Shown here: piece by piece, positions 50,337 through 59,403 of the stretch | How positions within the stretch are numbered: the first letter of the stretch is position 1 | Layout: each line of letters starts with the position of its first letter | NCBI GenBank assembly: GCA_965218295.1 | Contig: CBDCKN010000015.1 | Span: 32,001-96,000, forward strand | Direction: 5' to 3' | DNA length: 64,000 bases | Source of the DNA: Longimicrobiales bacterium | GTDB lineage: Bacteria; Gemmatimonadota; Gemmatimonadetes; Longimicrobiales; Gaopeijiaceae | Program-made: the position numbers and the translations under genes | Notes under the pieces: model-generated | Seen by the model: the letters and a program-made list of their open reading frames with translations, nothing else | Databases searched by the model: none | Told to the model about the DNA's origin: nothing

Positions 50337-51392
50337 TTACCGCCAACGTTTTTGGAGTTCGCTCAACGCCTCACTACCGGGACACAGCTTCTCGTACGGC
50401 ACGGAAGCCAGCGCTTCCTCCACCGTGTCTTCGAACGTGTGCATGTCCCGCCCCGAAGGCTCGATGTAGAGGAGTCCGGTGGCAACCTCGCCCCTGCCCT
50501 GAAGCTCCCGTACGTGGTGGTACGCCTCGTTCCGGTCCGTGGGATCGTACCCCTCGCTCACCGATCTGAACTGGACGACGCTGCCGTCGTGCATCATGAC
50601 CGCCGTGACTGCACCTTGGGACTGCTGCGCCTTGATCTCGCTTCTGAGCGGAACAAAGTCCGTCTCCACCACCTCGTGGTTGTGGACACGGGTGTGGGCG
50701 TAGCTCTTGGTCGAGCCCTCGTGATCGTTGAACGTCACGCACGGCGAGATGACGTCCACCAGGGCGAAGCCCCGGTGCTTCAGACCCGCCTTGAGAAGCG
50801 GGACCAACTGGGGCTTGTCCCCCGAGAAGCTGCGCGCCACGAAGGTCGCACCGAGGGTGAGGGCCAAGGGCACGGGATCGATTGGCGACATCTGGTTCTC
50901 CATGCCTCGCTTGGCCTTTGTGCCCACGTCGGCCGACGCGGAGAACTGCCCCTTGGTGAGGCCGTACACACCGTTGTTCTCCAGCACGTACAGCATGTCC
51001 ACGTTGCGCCGGATCGCGTGGCAGAGCTGACCCAGCCCGATGGAGAGGGAGTCTCCGTCGCCGGAGATGCCGATGTAGACCAACTCCCGGTTTGCGGCGT
51101 TCGCGCCCGTGGCGATGGATGGCATGCGCCCATGCACCGCGTTGAACCCGTGCGCCTCGCTCAGGAAGTACGCCGGCGTCTTGGACGAGCAGCCGATGCC
51201 GCTGAGCTTGGCAACCCTGTGCGGCGGGATGTCCAGCTCGAAGAACGTCTGAACGATGGCCGCGGTGATCGAGTCGTGCCCGCAGCCGGCGCAGAGCGTC
51301 GACATCGTGCCCTCATAGTCCCGCTGCGTGAGCCCCAGAGCATTCTTCCGGAAGCGTGGATGGCGGACTTCGGGTTTCGCTGTCTGTGCCAT
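50337..51392 (-). CDS. 2-oxoacid:ferredoxin oxidoreductase beta subunit
   Basis: LCAGCGH, SGIGCSS, HGR, GDGD, NNGVYGLTKGQ, SPCVTFN. Confidence 0.95.
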   Translation of the reverse strand: MAQTAKPEVRHPRFRKNALGLTQRDYEGTMSTLCAGCGHDSITAAIVQTFFELDIPPHRVAKLSGIGCSSKTPAYFLSEAHGFNAVHGRMPSIATGANAANRELVYIGISGDGDSLSIGLGQLCHAIRRNVDMLYVLENNGVYGLTKGQFSASADVGTKAKRGMENQMSPIDPVPLALTLGATFVARSFSGDKPQLVPLLKAGLKHRGFALVDVISPCVTFNDHEGSTKSYAHTRVHNHEVVETDFVPLRSEIKAQQSQGAVTAVMMHDGSVVQFRSVSEGYDPTDRNEAYHHVRELQGRGEVATGLLYIEPSGRDMHTFEDTVEEALASVPYEKLCPGSEALSELQKRWR

Positions 51393-51400
51393 GAAAGCTC

Positions 51401-53224
51401 TTACCCCGCTTCCGTCGGGACGAGTCCCAGCTGCTCCCGGACGCCGTCCAGGACGAAATGGGCGGTCATGGGAAAGCCCCGGTAGTCTCGGACAGACGCG
51501 AGCCTGTCCTTCGCGACGCCCGTCTCCAGGGAGAGAAGGCGCAGCAGCTGCGCATCACGATTCTGCTCGACCACCACGTTGGTGTCGTGGGCCTCCAGGA
51601 ACTCCTGAACCGCCTCCGCGAACGGGAACCCCCGCACTCGCATGTAGTCCACGGTCACCCCCTCCTCGGCCAACCGATCGATGGCCTCCAGAACTGGCCC
51701 CCAGCAGCTGCCGATGGTAACGATGCCGACGCTCGCGCCTTCGGACCGGCGGATCTCGGGGCCCGGGACGCACTCCGCCGCACTATCGATCTTCACAGCG
51801 ATGCGATCCATCACGTCCTTGTAGAGGTCGCCGTCCTCCGTATAGCGCCCGAATCGGTCGTGCCCCGATCCCCGGGTGAAGTAGGCCCCGTCCGGGTGCA
51901 CGCCCGGGAGGGTGCGATACGGGATGCCGTCGCCGTCCACATCCATGTACCGGTAGAACTTCTCGAGGCCTTCGATCTCCTCAGCGGACAGGACCTTACC
52001 CCTGTCGGGCACGTAGTCGTCATCCCACTCCAGGCGCTCGCACATCCAGTCGTTCATGCCGATGTCGAGGTCCGAGACGACGAAGACGGGGGTCTGGAAG
52101 CGCTCGGCGAGGTCGAACGCCTCGACGGACATGTAGAAGCACTCCCGAGGCTCGGCCGGGAAAAGAGCGATATGCTTGGTATCGCCGTGCGACGCGTACA
52201 CGACCGTGAAGAAGTCCCCCTGCTGGGTCCGGGTCGGCATGCCGGTGGACGGCCCCGTGCGCTGGATGTCGAACAGCACCGCAGGCACTTCGGCGTAATA
52301 GGCCAGGCCGATGAACTCGTTCATGAGGGAGAGGCCCGCGCCACTGGTGGGCGTGAAGGCCCTGGCCCCCATCCACGAGGCCCCGAGCACCATGCCGATG
52401 GCCGCCAGCTCGTCCTCGGCCTGGATGATGCAGTAGAGGTTCTTGCCCGTCTTGGGATCCTGGCGGAAGCGGCTGCAGAAGGCTTTGAAGGAGTCCATGA
52501 CCGACGTGGCCGGCGTGATGGGATACCACGCTCCCACCGTGGCGCCCGCGTAGACACAGCCCAGGGCCGCCGCCGCGTTCCCCGTCATGAGGACACAATC
52601 GCCGGTGTTGTCCAGGGGCTCCAAGCGGACAGGCAGCGGGCATTCGAAGTGCTCTTTGGCGTACTCGTAGCCGAGACGGATGGCGACCTCGTTCGACTCC
52701 ATGAGCTTGGGCTTCCTCTCGAACGTCTCCCTGAGCAGCCCGTGGATCACGTCCAGATCGATGTCGAGGAGAGCAACCAGCGTACCCACATACGCGATGT
52801 TCGTCATCAGGATGCGCTCTCTGCCACCTTCGAAGTTCTCGACGCACATGCGTGCCAGCGGCGCCCCCAGGCAGGTGACGTCGTCCCGCATCAGGTCCTC
52901 GTCCATGGGCCACGTCGAGTCGTAGAGGAGGTATCCCCCGGAGCGCACCTCGGCGATGTCCTCCTCGTGGGTCTTGGGGTTCATGGCGACTATGACGTCG
53001 AAATGCGACGCCCGGGCGCCGTATCCGTCCTTGTTGACCCGGATCTCGTACCACGTGGGAAGCCCCTGGATGTTCGACGGGAACGCGTTCTTCCCGGAAA
53101 CCGGGACCCCCATGCGGAACACCGCCTGCATGAGCAGGCCGTTGGCGCTAGCGGAGCCCGTCCCGTTGACTGTGGCGATCTTCAGGGCGAAGTCGTTTAT
53201 ACGGGCTCGAGAGTCTCGGTCCAA
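51401..53224 (-). CDS. 2-oxoacid:ferredoxin oxidoreductase alpha subunit (gamma-alpha fusion)
   Basis: NGTGS, YPITP, QAEDE, TSGAG, QRTGPSTGMPT, VVEQN. Confidence 0.95.
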   Translation of the reverse strand: MDRDSRARINDFALKIATVNGTGSASANGLLMQAVFRMGVPVSGKNAFPSNIQGLPTWYEIRVNKDGYGARASHFDVIVAMNPKTHEEDIAEVRSGGYLLYDSTWPMDEDLMRDDVTCLGAPLARMCVENFEGGRERILMTNIAYVGTLVALLDIDLDVIHGLLRETFERKPKLMESNEVAIRLGYEYAKEHFECPLPVRLEPLDNTGDCVLMTGNAAAALGCVYAGATVGAWYPITPATSVMDSFKAFCSRFRQDPKTGKNLYCIIQAEDELAAIGMVLGASWMGARAFTPTSGAGLSLMNEFIGLAYYAEVPAVLFDIQRTGPSTGMPTRTQQGDFFTVVYASHGDTKHIALFPAEPRECFYMSVEAFDLAERFQTPVFVVSDLDIGMNDWMCERLEWDDDYVPDRGKVLSAEEIEGLEKFYRYMDVDGDGIPYRTLPGVHPDGAYFTRGSGHDRFGRYTEDGDLYKDVMDRIAVKIDSAAECVPGPEIRRSEGASVGIVTIGSCWGPVLEAIDRLAEEGVTVDYMRVRGFPFAEAVQEFLEAHDTNVVVEQNRDAQLLRLLSLETGVAKDRLASVRDYRGFPMTAHFVLDGVREQLGLVPTEAG

Positions 53225-54999
53225 ATCGGCCGTCCGGCGTAGGGGATGAGTAGGTCGAACTGGCGCATGTCCCAGGCAGCCGTGGGGCAGCGCTCGGCGC
53301 AGAGTCCGCAGTGGACACAGAGGTCTTCGTCCTTGACCATGACCCGAGCGGTCTGTGGGAGGGCCTCCGAAACATAGAGATCCTGATCCAGGTTGTCGGC
53401 CGGGGCGGTGAGGCGCCTCCTGAGATCATCCTCCGTCCCATTGTGGGTGATGGTGAGGCAATAGACCGGGCACACGTCGATGCACGCGTCGCACTCGATG
53501 CACAAGATCGGCGTGAAGTCGGTCTGGATGTCACAGTTCAGACAGCGCTCGACCTCGACGGCGGTCTGCTCCGGATCGAACCCCAGCTCGACCTCGACCT
53601 CCAGCGCCTTGAAGCGCTCCACCAGCTCGACGTGGTTCATCTTGGAGCGGAAGGCCGGGTCGTAGTCGCTCCCGTAGCTCCAGGAGTGGAGTCCCATTTT
53701 CTGGGACACCAGGTTCATGCCATAGGGGAGGCGATCCGTAGGGGGCACACCCCGGCAGTGGTTGTGGATCGAAATGGCGGCTTGATGCCCGTGCTCCACA
53801 GCCCAGATGATGTTCTCCGGGCCCCACGCAGCGTCCCCACCGACGAAGATGCCGTCGCGGGTCGTCTGGAAGGTGGTCCGGTCCACCACCGGCATGTCCC
53901 ACTCTCCGAACTCGATGCCGATGTCCCGCTCGATCCAGGGGAAGGCGTTGTCCTGGCCGATGGCGAGGATGACGTCGTCACACGGAATGACCGCGGTGTC
54001 GAGCTTCGTAGCCACCAGCCGACCCGTCTCGTCCGGATGCCACTCGACGACATCGAACTCCATGCCCACCAGGCGTCCGTCCTCGAGGAGAAAGCGATCC
54101 GGTGAGTGGTTCTCCACGATCTCCACCACCTCTTCCTCGGCGTCCTCAAGCTCCCACGCAGACGCCTTGAAGTAGGGGCGGGTCTTCCGGGCGATGACCT
54201 TCACGTCCTTGCCGCCGATCCGCTTGGAGGTGCGGCAACAGTCCATGGCCGTATTGCCGACGCCAATGACCAGGACGCGCTCGCCGATGGACTCCACGTG
54301 TCCAAAGTGGACCGACTCGAGCCACTCGATGCCGATGTGGATGTTGGCGTCGGCCTCGTCCCGCCCCGGGATGCGGAGCTCCTTGCCCTTTGGCGCTCCC
54401 GTCCCGATGAACACGGCGTCGAAGTCCTCTTCGTCCAGGAAGCGCTTCAGGCTCTCGACCGGATGGCTGTAGTGAACCTCGACGCCAATGTCGAGAATGG
54501 CGTCAATCTCCTCGTCGAGGACCGCGGCCGGGAGCCTGAAGGCCGGGATGTTGATCCGCATGAGACCGCCGGGACGATCCATCTTCTCGTAGAGGACGCA
54601 CTCGTAGCCCAGCTGCATGAGGTCGTTGGCCACGGTCAGGGAGGCGGGGCCTGCACCGATCAACGCCACCCGCTTCCCGTTTTTCTCCTTCGGGGCCTTG
54701 GGGAGAAGATCCGACACGTCGCCCCTGAGGTCGGCAGCCACCCGCTTGAGCCGGCAGATGGCCACAGGCTCGTCCTCGACCCGAACCCGCCGGCAGGCGG
54801 GCTCGCAGGGGCGGTCACACGTCCTCCCCAGGATCCCCGGGAAGACGTTCGACTCGCGATTGAGCATATACGACTCCGTGAACCGCCCCTGGGCGATAAG
54901 CCGGATGTACTCGGGAACGTTCGTATGGGCAGGACACGCAAACTGGCAGTCGACGACTTTGTGGTAATATTGAGGTTCGGTGACGTCCGTGGGTTCCAC
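53197..54999 (-). CDS. GltD-like FAD/NAD(P) oxidoreductase with C-terminal 4Fe-4S ferredoxin domain
   Basis: CQFACP, CDRPCEPAC, IGAGPA, GVGNTAMD, CIECDAC..CP and CVHCGLC..CP. Confidence 0.9.
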   Translation of the reverse strand: MEPTDVTEPQYYHKVVDCQFACPAHTNVPEYIRLIAQGRFTESYMLNRESNVFPGILGRTCDRPCEPACRRVRVEDEPVAICRLKRVAADLRGDVSDLLPKAPKEKNGKRVALIGAGPASLTVANDLMQLGYECVLYEKMDRPGGLMRINIPAFRLPAAVLDEEIDAILDIGVEVHYSHPVESLKRFLDEEDFDAVFIGTGAPKGKELRIPGRDEADANIHIGIEWLESVHFGHVESIGERVLVIGVGNTAMDCCRTSKRIGGKDVKVIARKTRPYFKASAWELEDAEEEVVEIVENHSPDRFLLEDGRLVGMEFDVVEWHPDETGRLVATKLDTAVIPCDDVILAIGQDNAFPWIERDIGIEFGEWDMPVVDRTTFQTTRDGIFVGGDAAWGPENIIWAVEHGHQAAISIHNHCRGVPPTDRLPYGMNLVSQKMGLHSWSYGSDYDPAFRSKMNHVELVERFKALEVEVELGFDPEQTAVEVERCLNCDIQTDFTPILCIECDACIDVCPVYCLTITHNGTEDDLRRRLTAPADNLDQDLYVSEALPQTARVMVKDEDLCVHCGLCAERCPTAAWDMRQFDLLIPYAGRPIWTETLEPV

Positions 55000-55339
55000 T
55001 CAGGACCTCTCTAGCCGGTGGACGAGAAAATCAAGCGATGAATGGGGGTACCCCGGGGATTCCGCAAGGTGGCGGAGGCCCTCAGCCCGCGGCGGGGAAT
55101 CAGTCGGCGGCGATATCGAGTGATGCGGGCCGGCCGGCCTCGGACTCCCGAAGGCAAGCGGACTCCTCCCTGTAGAAGACGGCCACGCAAGCGTGGCAGG
55201 TCTGTCAGGCGGTAGGGAACGCTGGGAGCTACCCACCGTGCCTGTAAAAGTTACGCCCCGCCTAGAGCGGCCCGCTCCCCGGATGACGATGCTCTTCTCA
55301 GGCGGAGCACTGTCGTCCTTCGGCCATACGCCGAGGGGG

Positions 55340-56366
55340 CTACAGATCCGCGCGCCAGACCCGATATGGCCCCTCATCGAGGATCGCCCCGACGGTGCCG
55401 AATACCGCCTCCAGGTGGCGTTGAACCGGAAGGCGGCGCTGGGTCACCAGCAGCAGCATGCCCCCCTCCGTCAGATGTGCCGGGGCACCGCTCGCCAGCT
55501 CCTCGAGGACCCGCTCCGTCTCGCCCTTCCCTTCATGGTACGGCGGATTACTGACGATCAGGTCGTAGCGCTGATCCCCCAGCTCCCTGAGCCCATCAGA
55601 CAGGATCCTATTGGCTCCGGGTACGTTCGCCTCGACCGCCTCCAGGGCTACGGCGTCAACGTCCAGAAAATCCACGGAGACGGTGGGCTCCCGTGCCGTG
55701 ACCCACGCACCCAAGAGCCCCGATCCACAGGCGAAATCGAGAACTCGCTCCCGCGGCAAGCGACGGAATCGTATCCATGAGAGCCCGGAGAGCCCGGGTC
55801 CCCTCGTCCACTCGGCCATGGGCGAACACGCCCGGATAGGAGATCCAGGTGGTCGGAAGATGGGCGACGTCCAGGGTAGTGGAGCGCTGCCACGCCTCGA
55901 GGGTGCCCAGCAGCCCGGGGACCTCCTCGGGACGCGTGGCCTCCAATATCTTGCAGCGGCCTCCCGTGGCGATAGTCGTGGCCGCACCCAGCACCTGCCG
56001 GACCCGCCCTTCGGCGGAGCCGGCCCCCTCGTCGTTGGCCCCGTACACCCAGAGCCGGGCACCCACGTGAAGGGAGGCCGCGGCCGCGTGGACGCACATC
56101 TCAAGCTCCTCCTTTGCCTTGGGGAGCCTGAGAGTCGCTGCCGCGTAAGGGCCTCCAGAAGGCCATGGAGAGGCAACGTAGCCACGCAGGGCCAGCCGGT
56201 GCCATGAATGGGGCCTGCCGCCCGAAGCGAGAACGGCGCGGGTGACGTCTTCCCGCCCCTCGAGCATGACGAGGAGATCCCCCTCCACGTCGAGACCGGA
56301 GAGCGTCTTTGCCATGAGACCTGCAGCAGCTTCGTCTCGCCAGCTGGCGCCCCGCTTGTGCGCCAT
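55340..56366 (-). pseudogene. RsmC-like class I SAM methyltransferase, frameshifted near 55748
   Basis: PGVFAHGRVDEGT in one frame; VLDFACGSG and VSNPPYH in another. Confidence 0.82.
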
Positions 56367-56404
56367 GGAGCCTCCGAGTGTGATGCGTCGGGGCTGTCCC
56401 GCCC

Positions 56405-57661
56405 TCACTCGCCTCGGATCATCTCCTCGAGGCGCTCCAGCCCCATGCGAACTTTGGCCTCCGGTGGACCGAAGGAGAATCGGACCCACTTCTTGAGATC
56501 CTTCATCGGGGGTTTGACCCCTCCCGGGTTCACGTCGAACCATCGACCCGGGACCGTCATGACCTTCCTCTCCAGGGCCGCGCGGAAGAACTCGTCGGCG
56601 TCATTGAAAGGCTTGGGTAGACCCCCGATATTAGCCCAGACGTAAAACGTACCTGAGGGCTCGTGCTCGCACTCGATACCCATGGAGCGGAGCCCATCGA
56701 GCATGACGTTGCGCTTCCGGGCGAACACGTTCCGTACCGCCTCAGTCTCCTGATCGGCTCTCGCCGACTCGAGAGCCTTGATGGCGAGACGCTGGGCCGG
56801 GAGGCTCGGTCCACCGTCGATGGCGCTGCCAGCCCGGGTGATGTTCCCGATGATGTCCGACGGTCCCACCGCCCAGCCGATCCGCCAACCGGGATACCGG
56901 AAGCTCTTGGTGAGCCCGTCCACCAACAGGACAGAATCTTTCTCGACGTTGCGAACGTACTTGGCCGCCGAGACGGGCCCGTCCCCCGGCTCCCCGGAGT
57001 CGCCGTAGATGAAGTGCGAGTAGAACTCGTCGAGGATGAGGGTGCACTTGTGTTTGCGAGCCACCGTCAAGTACGCCTTCAGTTCGGCATCCCTGATCAA
57101 CTGCCCCGTCGGGTTGCACGGGTTGCTGAAGAGGAAGGCCTGAAGCTTTTCGCTGGTCATCACCTTGCCGAGGCGCTCCGACGAAATGACGAAGTCGTCT
57201 TTAGGGGTCGTGGGCACCGCTACCGGCTTCACGTGGTAGCTGTGATAGTCCAGCATGTCTTCGTACGCGGCGTAGTCGGGCACCTGGTACCCCAGCGGGA
57301 CCTCGCCCAGGGCCGCAAAAATCCGCGACAGGATAAGGCGCCCCCCGGACGCGATGGTGACGTTCTCCTTCTTATACCTGGAGTCCGACCCTTCACGGTA
57401 AAGGCGGTTGTAGTGTTCAGCCACGGCCTCCCGGAGCTCGTCGATGCCCCCGACGGGCCCGTAGGCGTGGTCGTGGGGCTCCAGGGTTATCCACGAGAGG
57501 CGAGTTGGCGCTCCCTCGATGGGACCGACTTCCGGCTGTTCCTGGCCCAGATTGGACCAGTCGGGGTGGCCGTTCCTGAAGCCGAGCTTCATGGCCTCGG
57601 CCACGACGTATATGACCCCCATGTACGGAACTTCTCGGATGGTTGCCTTCTTCTTGGCCAC
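56405..57661 (-). CDS. Class I/II PLP aminotransferase
   Basis: SNPCNPTG, DEFY, TKSFRYPGWRIG, RFSFGP. Confidence 0.9.
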   Translation of the reverse strand: MAKKKATIREVPYMGVIYVVAEAMKLGFRNGHPDWSNLGQEQPEVGPIEGAPTRLSWITLEPHDHAYGPVGGIDELREAVAEHYNRLYREGSDSRYKKENVTIASGGRLILSRIFAALGEVPLGYQVPDYAAYEDMLDYHSYHVKPVAVPTTPKDDFVISSERLGKVMTSEKLQAFLFSNPCNPTGQLIRDAELKAYLTVARKHKCTLILDEFYSHFIYGDSGEPGDGPVSAAKYVRNVEKDSVLLVDGLTKSFRYPGWRIGWAVGPSDIIGNITRAGSAIDGGPSLPAQRLAIKALESARADQETEAVRNVFARKRNVMLDGLRSMGIECEHEPSGTFYVWANIGGLPKPFNDADEFFRAALERKVMTVPGRWFDVNPGGVKPPMKDLKKWVRFSFGPPEAKVRMGLERLEEMIRGE

Positions 57662-57699
57662 GGTTGGGATCTCTTTTCAATTCCTACAGGTGAGTGCGG

Positions 57700-58085
57700 T
57701 CAAGTCGAGCCCACTGCCCGGAAGGACCGGAACGCCAGAGGAAACAGCGTTGTGAGGACCGAACTGAAGAACAGGAATGCGATTGCCCCGGTGAGCGCGA
57801 ACACGATCCCCGACGAAGCCCCGAGCCAGGCCGGCGGGAGGTAGGCCTCCGCCGGGGAGCCGTAGACGAAGAGGTTGAAGGCCCCTACCACGTGCCTGTC
57901 GCCTTCCACTGGACTCTCAGATCGTGTACCGGATCGCTCCAGATCCCCGGCAGGAGGTAAGCGTGTTGTTCGAGAAACGTGTAGACGAAGAGCACCGTCC
58001 CCACACCCCACATGGTAACGTAGAGCGGACGGTTCCAGAAGCCGGGCCCCACGATCCGGAAGAAGTTCCATTCTTGGCGGAAGCC
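57700..58085 (-). pseudogene. Degraded membrane protein gene
   Basis: WNFFRIVGPGFWNRPLYVTMWGVGTVLFVYTFLEQHAYLLP...QWKATGT, then a frame change to VGAFNLFVYGS and a hydrophobic tail; no clear start. Confidence 0.45.
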
Positions 58086-58344
58086 CTAACCATGCGCCGT
58101 CATTCTCCTCCATATGTGCGTGGGACCCCGAACAGGGGGATCGAGCAAGACAGGAATTCTAAGGTGACTCGGCCTCACACCCAACCCCGAGCCATCCTGT
58201 CGGGCTTGTGGGCCCATCTGCCCTCTTCTAGCTTGCCGCCGGCGCGAGCGAATGACGCCTCCGGTCCGCCTAAGGGGGCCTCTCTTGCGCCCCACCCGCC
58301 CTGTGTGAGCGGGCCGCTCGACATGTCCTTTCGAGGAAGAATCG

Positions 58345-59232
58345 ATGGCGCGGGTTTTGTTAGCCGGGGCCTCGGGAAGCCTCGGGCAGGAGATCTTGCG
58401 GTCACTCGCCGAGAGCGGCCATTGGGTCCGAACGCTGTCCCGCGGACCTCGCAGCGCCGCAATGCTCTTCACCGGTGAGCATGTGCGCGCCGACCTCACC
58501 CGCCCCGACTCCCTCACGGGAATCTGTCAGGGCGTCGACCTGGTGTTCTCCAGCGCGGGCTCCTCCATGCACCTGGACGATTTTCGGGATCGACGTCGCT
58601 ATCTCGACGTGGACTTCACCGGCAACCGCAACTTGCTGAGGGAGGCGGAGCGCGAGGGCACCCCTCGGTTCGTCTACGTCTCGCTCCACGGGGGCGAGAA
58701 GCTCCGCCACAACAGCTACGCCGATGCCCATGAGCGGTTCGTCGACGCACTGAACGCCTCCCCCGTCTCCAGCCTGGTGATTCGGCCCACCGGGTTCTTC
58801 TCGTTCCTTCTGCAAATTCTCCGGATGGCCAAGAGGCGTCGCGGCGTCGTGATCGGCGATGGATCGGTGAGGGCCAACCCCATTCACCAGGCTGACTTGG
58901 GGGACTTCTCGGTCGATCACCTGGAGTCGGAGCGGGAGGAGCTGTCGGTCGGCGGACCAGAGGTCTTCAGCCGACGAGGCATCGTCGAGCTCGCTCTTCG
59001 CGTCGCCGGACGACCTGAGCGGGTTCGCTCAGTGCCGGAGTGGGTGGCACGGGCGGCGGCCACAGCAGCCCGACCCCTGAATCCACGCATCGCCACTCTG
59101 ATGGCGTTTGGCGTGGAAGTGAGCGTGACGGACGTGGTGGCGCCCGCCTATGGGAGCCGCCATCTGAGTGACTTCTTTCGTGAGGCTGCGGCCAGTCATT
59201 CGGGCCCTTCGACCCCTTCCCTTCCCACCTAG
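58345..59232 (+). CDS. NAD(P)-binding atypical SDR (NmrA/NDUFA9-like)
   Basis: LAGASGSLG, VDFTGN, RPTGFF, NPIH, VGGPE. Confidence 0.85.
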   Translation: MARVLLAGASGSLGQEILRSLAESGHWVRTLSRGPRSAAMLFTGEHVRADLTRPDSLTGICQGVDLVFSSAGSSMHLDDFRDRRRYLDVDFTGNRNLLREAEREGTPRFVYVSLHGGEKLRHNSYADAHERFVDALNASPVSSLVIRPTGFFSFLLQILRMAKRRRGVVIGDGSVRANPIHQADLGDFSVDHLESEREELSVGGPEVFSRRGIVELALRVAGRPERVRSVPEWVARAAATAARPLNPRIATLMAFGVEVSVTDVVAPAYGSRHLSDFFREAAASHSGPSTPSLPT

Positions 59233-59313
59233 GGCCGGTCTTGGTAACCTGGGTCGCCAAGGGCCGCATGATACGGCGGCCTACCCTGTGCCTTCGATGA
59301 CCCTTCAGGTGCA

Positions 59314-59403
59314 ATGGCACACGACAGCATTACCGTCATAGACTCCGCCCTACGGAACGTCCGATTCGTCATGAAGGACGGAGAGGTGTACCTGAAGCCA
59401 TGA
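59314..59403 (+). pseudogene. 29-codon collapsed remnant of an amidohydrolase gene
   Basis: MAHDSITVIDSALRNVRFVMKDGEVYLKP*. The tail resembles amidohydrolase C-termini and the stop overlaps the next ATG. Confidence 0.55.

Noticed and set aside
51458..53242. Long antisense ORFs (594 aa here; also 14627-16141, 40934-42589, 56663-57844)
   Set aside because: Shadow frames opposite well-supported genes, expected from high-GC codon bias.
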